Shown here: positions 26,472 through 33,279 of the stretch, in pieces
How positions within the stretch are numbered: the first letter of the stretch is position 1
How the letters are laid out: each line of letters opens with the position of its first letter
From: a virus
Taxonomy: Duplodnaviria; Heunggongvirae; Uroviricota; Caudoviricetes
Virus record (IMG/VR): IMGVR_UViG_2718217713_000004
Coordinates: 1-33,279 of that record
Strand: one strand, 5' to 3'
DNA: 33,279 bases
The notes under the pieces: model-generated
The model's input: the letters and a program-made list of their open reading frames with translations, nothing else
Told to the model about the DNA's origin: nothing
Databases searched by the model: none
Program-made: the position numbers and the translations under genes

Positions 26472-26485
26472 GTCAATCATTATTG

Positions 26486-28765
26486 TTAGTTTGTTTCAAA
26501 TCCCGCCCAACCATCAGAAATCGGATATGAAAACGTTTTCCCATCATAATTTACGGTCGCGCCACGCGCCAGCGCCTCAAGCTCCCATCGCTGCGGCCTG
26601 ATACCGTTCTGAGCAAGGTCAACGCGGATACGGGTAATTTGCATTCGTTCCGACCGGGCCAGTCTGGCCGATGGTGCAATTTCATGTGGTTTTAACGAGC
26701 TTCCGTTTCTTTGCTGACGATTTGGCGTTCTCCGACCGTGTTTTAATGCACCTCTGAGCGCCCTCACGACCTCCGGGTCACTCCATTCGATAACACTGTC
26801 ATCAACCAGATTAAGCACTGCTGCGGCGTGCTCAGAAGGTGTGGGAGCCGGTAACGAAGTATCACCACCGGTGAGTTTTCCACAGTTATTGACAGGACTC
26901 CGAGGCGCGGCGATGCCGCTTTTTAAAGTCAAAGGCTCAACGACCGGCACTTTCGGCACAATGCGCCAGTCCGTCGTTCTGGTGATATGAATATGACGCG
27001 CGCCGAGATGCGGCGCGTAAATGCCGACCACTCTCTCGACTTCTTCCTCGTACTCGTTAACGTCATCCGACGGGCTACGGGCAACCCTGACAGTCTGACA
27101 ATCGCGCGGAACATTTGCCCCACCCTGCGCGCTGATATACAACGCAAAATCACCACTGTCTGCGGCAGCGCGTGCAGCCTCGACGCGTTCGTCAAACTCA
27201 TCAGCAATGCTGACGCCGCGAGGCAATTTGCGTAGTTCACGGTAAGCCCCCATTGTCGGCAGGCCAACCGTTTTAAATTGCGGAATGCGCCACGTTGACG
27301 CCCATGCGGTAACAGCCGCGGCAGTGTCTTTCAGCGGCCTGCCGGTATCGTTATCGAGCTGACCATCCAGTGCATAGCCATCGATGTTTTTTGAAATGTA
27401 TTTCGCGATATACCCCGCAGCACCGCCCCGGTTAAGGTGTTTTGCCTGAAAACGGTTTCGCGCAGCTCCTCTTTCGTCGCCATCCTCTTTGAGCGCGTAG
27501 CGACGCATGATTTCAATAATCTGGTTACGCTGGCGTGGATTACAAAAAAGCATCATATGCCAGTGCGGCGTTCCGTCGTGGTGTGGCTCGACGACTCGCA
27601 AACCGTAGACCTGTAAATCATTATCCTTGAATGCCGTGCGCATCAGGCTCCAGATACGGCAGAGATAACGCTGCGCATCCTTTGGATTAAATGCCTCATC
27701 GTTCCAGCCGTGATTTAGCTGGACGGTTTTACTTTCTCCTTTTCCGACCTGACGTGTCGGGTGATACTTTGACGGCGCGGTCAGCGTGATAAACATCCCC
27801 ACATCACCCTCTGCTGCGGCGTAACGCTCAATACCGGCGATGGTGTTCATCAGCTCCATCCGGCGAATTTCTGGATTAGAAATACTGCCCATCACCTTAC
27901 TGATAAGGTCGATGCGCTCGCCGGTTTCCTTGTTTTCAAGGTCACACGATTTAAGAAACTCCAGATTTGCCTGGCGGCGCGCACGCACATCACGAATGGC
28001 ATGTTTACTGGCATAAGGAGAACGGTCTTTATTGACCTCCCCGACAGCAATCAGTAACGCCTCATGCCAGCGCATACGCTGGCCTTTAAGCTGATGAGTC
28101 CACCACTCATCGTTAAACAGACGGGCAATGGCAGAATATGCCTGCCTCGTGGTTATCTGTCCTTTACGGTATTTTTTCCAGTAGAGCGGGGAAATATTGA
28201 AAGCACGTGCAGCGCCAGCAACATGACCATACAGGTGAGTCTGCGCCTCATCCGTAAACAGCGATTCTTTTTCGCCATGTGCATCAACCCATGCATCGCA
28301 GAGTTCCTCATACATCATGAAAAGCTGCGATGAGATACGGGCGGCAAACTTTTTCAGCTCCTTGTCATTCATTCCAGGCAGGCGCGCATAGTGGTCACGC
28401 TCTGCCAGAAACAGCAACGACGCGTCGGTGTTCATTTCATGGCGCTGATTCACGCGCTCAATGCGCGGCCATAAACGACGCTGAAAAGTAGATGTGAGGA
28501 AATAAAACCCGTGCACCGGGCTTTTATTGCGCCGGATGTAGTCATAGCGTGAAGTAAACAGCGAGCGCAAAAAGTAAGGCAGGCGGTTAATCGTGGATAA
28601 AACACCTTGCACCTGACGCATCTCGTCACGTGTAAGGGGTCTTTCGCGCCCGACGGCCTCGCGTGGCGCGTTCCATGCATAAGCACCGGTAAACGCCTTA
28701 CCGGTGCCTGCAGCAAATGCTGACGGAGGTACGCAGGTGTATTGCTCCTGGAAAGAATGACTCAT
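26486..28765 (-). CDS. A: Replication initiation protein gpA (rolling-circle nicking endonuclease, 759 aa)
   Basis: Length and sequence match P2 gpA; start overlaps the stop of the upstream gene (ATGA). Confidence 0.9.
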   Translation of the reverse strand: MSHSFQEQYTCVPPSAFAAGTGKAFTGAYAWNAPREAVGRERPLTRDEMRQVQGVLSTINRLPYFLRSLFTSRYDYIRRNKSPVHGFYFLTSTFQRRLWPRIERVNQRHEMNTDASLLFLAERDHYARLPGMNDKELKKFAARISSQLFMMYEELCDAWVDAHGEKESLFTDEAQTHLYGHVAGAARAFNISPLYWKKYRKGQITTRQAYSAIARLFNDEWWTHQLKGQRMRWHEALLIAVGEVNKDRSPYASKHAIRDVRARRQANLEFLKSCDLENKETGERIDLISKVMGSISNPEIRRMELMNTIAGIERYAAAEGDVGMFITLTAPSKYHPTRQVGKGESKTVQLNHGWNDEAFNPKDAQRYLCRIWSLMRTAFKDNDLQVYGLRVVEPHHDGTPHWHMMLFCNPRQRNQIIEIMRRYALKEDGDERGAARNRFQAKHLNRGGAAGYIAKYISKNIDGYALDGQLDNDTGRPLKDTAAAVTAWASTWRIPQFKTVGLPTMGAYRELRKLPRGVSIADEFDERVEAARAAADSGDFALYISAQGGANVPRDCQTVRVARSPSDDVNEYEEEVERVVGIYAPHLGARHIHITRTTDWRIVPKVPVVEPLTLKSGIAAPRSPVNNCGKLTGGDTSLPAPTPSEHAAAVLNLVDDSVIEWSDPEVVRALRGALKHGRRTPNRQQRNGSSLKPHEIAPSARLARSERMQITRIRVDLAQNGIRPQRWELEALARGATVNYDGKTFSYPISDGWAGFETN

Positions 28766-29769
28766 TCACATACACCGGCATAGACACTACTGCAAACTGA
28801 CTTATCATTCACCGAAGCCAGCAAATCAAACTGTGCCCCGCCACGCGTGGTCATCGCCCAGTCACGATAAGACTCAATTCCGTAAGCATCGACAGTAATA
28901 ATATCAATGCGGCGTTCCGCACGACGCGGGTCATGAGTTGACGGGAAGAAAGTAGAATTTCCGCGTCTGGAGCATGCGGCGACAAGTCGCTCCCATTCCG
29001 CAACACGCTTAACCTCTTCCGGCCAGCGACTAAAAATTTCAGCTAATTCAGACTTTCTGGCGTGGATGCAGGGCATACAACCGACACGACTGCATCCCTG
29101 CTGGTATAACGGATTAGGTTTAATTCCATGACGTCTTGCAAATGCAAATACCTCCTCATGCGTCCAGTTCAGAATAGGACGGTATACATGGAGCCCGGGC
29201 GTATTGTCCGCATCCTCTTCCCAGGCAGGCAGACCCGCGCGCGCAGGAGACTCCTGAGCGCGAACCCCCTGCCAGCTAATTACCTCATCAAACTCATTAA
29301 GCGCAGGTAACACGACCTGAGTACGTACTGGCTCATGTTTAAGGTCAAAAGTGCAAAATCTGGCTTTAGTGGAAGGAAATCGCCCTTTCCACATGCACAA
29401 ATCAAGAAATGGGATACCAGTAGGCTTGAGAATTTCCAGCGCACAATTGATGCGCTCTGCCGCTTCCCCCGGAGACATTCCGCACTCTTCAACCAGAGAA
29501 ACAGGCCATTTCTCAGCAATAAACTTGCGCTTACCTTCAATCTGTCGGGAGAAGTCAGCTTTAACCCGTTTAACCGGCCCGAGTCGGTTCTCCAGATAAT
29601 CGAGATACTCCATTGTCTGCGGATGCTCATGCCCGGTGTCTGCAAAAACCGGCAAAAAATGCACACCGCTTTCAATACCAACAAGCCATTGAGCAAGGCT
29701 ATCCTTTCCGCCAGAAACAGAAATAATATTGATAGAGCTTTCAGCTCGGCAGCGGGTATCAACTATCAT
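28762..29769 (-). CDS. PP-loop ATP pyrophosphatase, PAPS-reductase-like family protein (335 aa); accessory gene absent from the P2 reference early operon
   Basis: PP-loop ISVSGGKDS near the N-terminus and Cys cluster CSRVGCMPC near the C-terminus; ATGA overlaps with orf83 (29766..29769) and A (28762..28765). Confidence 0.7.
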   Translation of the reverse strand: MIVDTRCRAESSINIISVSGGKDSLAQWLVGIESGVHFLPVFADTGHEHPQTMEYLDYLENRLGPVKRVKADFSRQIEGKRKFIAEKWPVSLVEECGMSPGEAAERINCALEILKPTGIPFLDLCMWKGRFPSTKARFCTFDLKHEPVRTQVVLPALNEFDEVISWQGVRAQESPARAGLPAWEEDADNTPGLHVYRPILNWTHEEVFAFARRHGIKPNPLYQQGCSRVGCMPCIHARKSELAEIFSRWPEEVKRVAEWERLVAACSRRGNSTFFPSTHDPRRAERRIDIITVDAYGIESYRDWAMTTRGGAQFDLLASVNDKSVCSSVYAGVCE

Positions 29770-30047
29770 TTAGATTTCCCCGCACAGAGAAACGCAGTCA
29801 GACACTGCTGACCGAGCTGCTCAACCTGAGAGCTCAGCGCCTCAAAAGAGACAGCGTTACCGCTCAAAATATCGTGATGGATCAGACCGGAAACGAGCTG
29901 GTTTAATTTGGGGTAATAGCCGACAACATCCAGCCACTCTTTACCGGCATTCTTCCCGGTTTCAGCGGTCTTTCTCTCCTGCAAAATGAACTGAAAACGG
30001 TCATTTGTGACGACATAACGCTCGCCAATCTCAATACGAATGCTCAT
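29766..30047 (-). CDS. P2 orf83-like early protein (93 aa)
   Basis: Position and sequence as P2 orf83. Confidence 0.75.
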   Translation of the reverse strand: MSIRIEIGERYVVTNDRFQFILQERKTAETGKNAGKEWLDVVGYYPKLNQLVSGLIHHDILSGNAVSFEALSSQVEQLGQQCLTAFLCAGKSK

Positions 30048-30268
30048 GCCATTCTCCGGTAATGCTTGTTTTTTGCTTCAAAGACTGACTGGCAGGAAAC
30101 ACAACGCGTGGCTGACGGATAAGCCGCACGACGGGCAGCAGGTATTGGCGCGTCACACTCTTCGCAAACCAGCGCAGAAACACCGCAATGTTTTACCCTT
30201 GCCGCGTTAATCTGGCGCTCCAGTAATTCAGCCTGTTGTTCCTGAATAAAATCCTCGTTGTCCGGCAT
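30044..30268 (-). CDS. P2 orf82-like TraR/DksA-family C4 zinc-finger protein (74 aa)
   Basis: Four Cys in CEEC...CVSC arrangement; position as P2 orf82. Confidence 0.75.
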   Translation of the reverse strand: MPDNEDFIQEQQAELLERQINAARVKHCGVSALVCEECDAPIPAARRAAYPSATRCVSCQSVFEAKNKHYRRMA

Positions 30269-30573
30269 TACCAGCTCCTTTTGTCGTTCAGTTTCTTAAA
30301 TTCATCAGCGCAATAGCTGGCGATTTCTGTCGTTAATTTTGTCAGTTCATCCACGGAGGAAATTTGCTTGTGAAATACAGCGCGTTTAACAAGTAAATTG
30401 ACCACATCAGACAGGAGATTTAATTCGTTCTGATAAATCGCGATAACAGATTCAGTTATGTCGCGTTTTTCTTTATCAAGACAAAGTTGAATAAGAGACA
30501 AATCGCCATTTTTCATAACGGCGATTTTTAAGGCGTTATTCAGTAACACAACTGAATGAGAACAGGACATCAA
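30268..30573 (-). CDS. P2 orf81-like early protein (101 aa)
   Basis: Position and sequence as P2 orf81. Confidence 0.7.
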   Translation of the reverse strand: MMSCSHSVVLLNNALKIAVMKNGDLSLIQLCLDKEKRDITESVIAIYQNELNLLSDVVNLLVKRAVFHKQISSVDELTKLTTEIASYCADEFKKLNDKRSW

Positions 30574-30794
30574 AGCACCTCCCCGCGAGACAATCCGATA
30601 TTGTGAAATTTTTCCGACTCCTGACTAAGCAGCTCGACTATCTCCACGCGGGATAACTCCGCCTTTGTGATATGGCGAATCATGGCGTCAAGATGAGAAG
30701 AAAAGCGCGTCGCAGCGTCGGCCTGTGCTTCGGTTCTGGCCTGTTGCAGCAGTAATGCGTATTTACCGCACTGATTTTCAGAAACTGTATGCAT
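30570..30794 (-). CDS. P2 orf80-like early protein (74 aa)
   Basis: Position and sequence as P2 orf80. Confidence 0.7.
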   Translation of the reverse strand: MHTVSENQCGKYALLLQQARTEAQADAATRFSSHLDAMIRHITKAELSRVEIVELLSQESEKFHNIGLSRGEVL

Positions 30795-30857
30795 GACTTT
30801 CTCCGGGCAAAAAGAAGCCCCGCACGATTAAGCGCGTTAAAAACTCTGGTTAATTAC

Positions 30858-31364
30858 TTAATGCAGATATTGCTCTGGTTTTACCGACGTCAGAATTGTC
30901 GGTGCATACTCAAACAGGCTGAATAATTCACGTAATGCACGGAATAAAGCATCACGCCAGTAACATGATTCTTCATTAATTCGCCAGTATGGCTGGTTGA
31001 ATTCTTTTTCAGTCAATCCGGCATGCATAAATAAAGTACGGCGCTGACTGACAGTTAAAAAGCTAATATATGCATACTCACTTGCACCGACCTGACGGCG
31101 TTTTGAGAATGCCCCACGCAGTTCATCAATTGCACAAACCAGCCGTTCACGTTCGACGTCGTTCATTTCTTCAAAACGCATCGTTGCGTGACGCTGTTTT
31201 AACTGCGCATGGAAGCAAACCGTTAGCCGTTCGCGTTCCATCATCTGATTATAATAATCGCATGTCTCCTGCCAGCGAGGGACGGCCAGATGCTTACCAA
31301 TTATCCGGCGCATAGTTGCTGGCTGTTTTTCAACGAGATTGAGCGTCATCACTGTCATTTCCAT
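30858..31364 (-). CDS. B: Replication protein gpB (helicase-loader-like, 168 aa)
   Basis: Near-identical to P2 gpB as recalled (MTVMTLNLVEKQPA...PEQYLH). Confidence 0.9.
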   Translation of the reverse strand: MEMTVMTLNLVEKQPATMRRIIGKHLAVPRWQETCDYYNQMMERERLTVCFHAQLKQRHATMRFEEMNDVERERLVCAIDELRGAFSKRRQVGASEYAYISFLTVSQRRTLFMHAGLTEKEFNQPYWRINEESCYWRDALFRALRELFSLFEYAPTILTSVKPEQYLH

Positions 31365-31525
31365 ACCCTCCGGCTTTTCAGAAAGGTCAGAGCCTTTTTT
31401 AACGGACTCTGTTTTTTGGTGCGGATAATGATTCCCTTGCGTCCCTTCCCGTGGGTGATGGTGAAGTCAATCGCCCTGGGGCTTTCGTTACGCAGTAACT
31501 GAGCAATACAACGCGGCTCATTCAT
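31355..31525 (-). CDS. P2 orf78-like small early protein; start uncertain (ATG at 31525 just after the cox stop, or ORF-track start at 31552 overlapping cox)
   Basis: Small basic ORF between cox and B as in P2; GGGG upstream of the 31525 ATG. Confidence 0.5.
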   Translation of the reverse strand: MNEPRCIAQLLRNESPRAIDFTITHGKGRKGIIIRTKKQSPLKKALTFLKSRRVWK

Positions 31526-31527
31526 AA

Positions 31528-31800
31528 TCACAACCCCATCCACAAAAGCCATGCATCACGCTGTTCAACCGGTCGGTTATAAAACGCCTCACGTACAGCG
31601 CGATTAAACTCTGGAATGAAAACCCATTTCTCACCGGCGCGGGCCTTCGGCTTATTTGGATCTCGAAGCTCGATAACCGGTAGCTTGTTAGCCTTTATCA
31701 TTTCTGTAACTGCGGTTTTTGGTTTACCCAATAAATCTGCAAACTTTTCCGCATGTACCGCATCAAGCGGGTACTTAATCACATAATCATTAACTTCCAT
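31528..31800 (-). CDS. cox: Cox: excisionase / directionality factor and early-switch repressor (90 aa)
   Basis: C-terminal ...EQRDAWLLWMGL and central KLPVIEL...GEKWVFIPEFN resemble P2 Cox; divergent from C. Confidence 0.8.
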   Translation of the reverse strand: MEVNDYVIKYPLDAVHAEKFADLLGKPKTAVTEMIKANKLPVIELRDPNKPKARAGEKWVFIPEFNRAVREAFYNRPVEQRDAWLLWMGL

Positions 31801-31905
31801 CTATGTTACCCTCATAGGATCCAGCCCCTTAAAAACCGCTTGGAACCGTTTAAGCGGCGCTGGACTCACGCCCGAAAAGGTTCTGGATTAATGACCTTCT
31901 CGGGG

Positions 31906-31935
31906 AATATAGTCATTAAGTCAGGACTATGTCAA
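31906..31935 (-). promoter_or_regulatory. Early (lytic) promoter Pe: minus-strand -35 TTGACA (31930..31935), 18-bp spacer, -10 TATATT (31906..31911); the -35 abuts the C start codon
   Basis: Strong sigma-70 consensus read directly from the sequence; TGACT direct repeats in the spacer are candidate C operator half-sites. Confidence 0.6.
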
Positions 31936-32229
31936 ATGAATATCGCACAGAAATTAAGAGCAATAAGACAATCGGAAGGGCTAACTCAAGCAAAATTCAG
32001 TGAAATCAGCGGTATAGCGTTAGGAACGCTAAAGAATTACGAAGGAGGCCATCAAGACCCTGGCATCCAAGTTGTGTTGCAGGTCACCAATGCACCTCAG
32101 TTCCAAAAATACACACTATGGCTCATGACAGATAAAACAGCGCCGGAAGCGGGACAAATCGCACCGGCTCTCGCGCACATTGGGCCAGAGTCAACAGAAT
32201 CCGACCACTCCGCGAAAAGGATTGGCTAA
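31936..32229 (+). CDS. C: Immunity repressor C (HTH, 97 aa)
   Basis: MNIAQKLRAIRQSEGLTQAKFSEISGIALGTLKNYEGG... with C-terminal QFQKYTLWLMTDKTAPEAGQIAPALAHIG matching P2 C; internal ATG at 31936 chosen over the ORF-track start at 31753. Confidence 0.85.
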   Translation: MNIAQKLRAIRQSEGLTQAKFSEISGIALGTLKNYEGGHQDPGIQVVLQVTNAPQFQKYTLWLMTDKTAPEAGQIAPALAHIGPESTESDHSAKRIG

Positions 32230-32298
32230 CTCTATATAAAAATTACATTTTCACCATTTGCCACCAAAATGGTGAATACAGCGCCGGAGGGCTTTCTT

Positions 32299-33279
32299 AT
32301 GGCAATTAAGAAGCTCGATGATGGTCGCTATGAAGTGGACATTAGACCTCGCGGTCGCGACGGAAAACGCATCCGCAGGAAATTTGAAAGAAAAGCTGAA
32401 GCACTAGCATTTGAGCGATACACAATCGCCAATGCCAGTCAGAAAGAATGGGGAGGCCAGCGAGCAGACCGCCGAACTTTGACAGAATTGCTCGACATCT
32501 GGTGGAAATACCACGGGCAAAACCACGAGCATGGGACAAAAGAGTTTAATCATCTGCTCAAAACCATCAGCGGCATAGGTGATATACCAGTGAGCCGGAT
32601 GAACAAAAGGGCTTTGATGGATTATCGCTCCATGCGACTACGTGATGGCATCAGTGCTGCAACGATAAACCGCGACATGTACCGATTATCCGGCATGTTC
32701 ACAAAATTAATTCAATTGGATGAATTTTCCGGGCAACACCCAATTCACGGACTGCCGCCACTGACGGAGGCTAACCCTGAAATGACGTTCCTGGAAAAAG
32801 CAGAAATCGAAAAACTGCTAAATGTTTTGACTGGTGATGACTTACTTGTCGCGCTTTTATGTCTGAGCACTGGAGGAAGATGGACGGAAGTTGCCACGCT
32901 AAAACCAGCACAGATTACAAGTTGCAGGGTTACCTTCCTGAAAACCAAAAACGGTAAAAAGCGAACAGTGCCGATTTCTGAGGAACTGGAGAAAAAAGTT
33001 AAAGAGGAGGCCAGCGCCAAATTGTTCAAGGTAGATTATGAGAAGTTTTGCGGGATTTTACGCAGAGTGAAACCTGATATACCTCCCAATCAGGCAACCC
33101 ACATTCTGCGGCATACATTCGCAAGCCATTTCATGATGAATGGGGGCAACATAATTGCACTGCAACAGATTCTGGGGCATGCGAGCATTCAGCAGACAAT
33201 GACCTATGCGCACCTTGCGCCTGACTACCTGCAGAACGCCGTCGCTCTGAATCCACTAAAAGGCGGAGTGACGTTATAA
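32299..33279 (+). CDS. int: Tyrosine integrase (P2 Int family); stop codon is the last three bases of the window
   Basis: MAIKKLDDGRYEVDIRPRGRDGKRIRRKF... N-terminus and C-terminal HILRHTFASHFMMNGGNIIALQQILGH...YAHLAP catalytic region match P2 Int; ATG at 32299 chosen over the ORF-track start at 32269. Confidence 0.9.
   Translation: MAIKKLDDGRYEVDIRPRGRDGKRIRRKFERKAEALAFERYTIANASQKEWGGQRADRRTLTELLDIWWKYHGQNHEHGTKEFNHLLKTISGIGDIPVSRMNKRALMDYRSMRLRDGISAATINRDMYRLSGMFTKLIQLDEFSGQHPIHGLPPLTEANPEMTFLEKAEIEKLLNVLTGDDLLVALLCLSTGGRWTEVATLKPAQITSCRVTFLKTKNGKKRTVPISEELEKKVKEEASAKLFKVDYEKFCGILRRVKPDIPPNQATHILRHTFASHFMMNGGNIIALQQILGHASIQQTMTYAHLAPDYLQNAVALNPLKGGVTL

Larger units (their letters stand above)
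1021..33279. mobile_element. P2-like (Peduovirus-type) prophage, near-complete; ogr-side junction inside the window, int-side junction beyond the window end
   Basis: Collinear P2 gene order with matching protein lengths across about 32 kb; cos site, Int arm-type repeats and integrase present. Confidence 0.9.

Noticed and set aside
26929-28716. Internal or antisense ORFs (112, 82, 61, 89 and 88 aa) within gene A
   Set aside because: Overlap the 759-aa replication gene; no motifs or translation signals.
1-33279. Searched for CRISPR arrays, tRNA/rRNA genes and IS elements
   Set aside because: No regularly spaced direct repeats with unique spacers, no cloverleaf-like tRNA candidates and no transposase ORFs were seen; the only recombinases are the phage integrase and the tail-fibre invertase.
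32299-33279. Integrase appears shorter at the C-terminus than P2 Int and stops exactly at the window edge; considered a truncated or pseudogenised int
   Set aside because: The catalytic region (R...HxxR...Y motifs in HILRHTFASHF...MTYAHLAP) is intact and a genuine stop codon is present; the int-side att core may overlap the gene's 3' end, but this cannot be judged without downstream sequence.

Overview
The window holds about 0.9 kb of host chromosome (fieF, minus strand, 1..903) followed by an almost complete P2-like temperate prophage running from the ogr-proximal attachment region (about 1020..1140) to an integrase gene that stops at the last base of the window (the int-proximal att site lies outside). 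Gene order and protein lengths match phage P2 nearly one-for-one: ogr-D-U-T-E/E'-FII-FI ... H-I-J-W-V-S-R-lysC/B/A-K-Y-X-L-M-N-O on the minus strand, P-Q on the plus strand, a cos site, then the early operon A-orf83-orf82-orf81-orf80-B-orf78-cox on the minus strand and C-int on the plus strand. Three loci depart from the P2 backbone. (1) Between cos and gene A, where P2 carries old/tin, sits a strongly AT-rich cassette: a 652-aa protein with an N-terminal GHKL (Bergerat-fold) ATPase domain and a C-terminal PD-(D/E)xK-like nuclease motif, convergent with a C5-cytosine DNA methyltransferase. I read this as a candidate uncharacterised restriction-modification-like or antiphage system; it is the most interesting item in the window. 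(2) At the P2 Z/fun position a Hin/Gin/Cin/Pin-family serine invertase sits beside a roughly 1.9-kb invertible tail-fibre segment with two alternative fibre C-termini and two convergent tail-fibre assembly genes, bounded by inverted 26-bp crossover sites. (3) A PP-loop (PAPS-reductase-like) gene is inserted into the early replication operon between orf83 and A with ATGA overlaps on both sides. All assignments come from reading the translations and DNA by eye against remembered P2 and protein-family knowledge; no database search, HMM scan or numerical GC calculation was possible.
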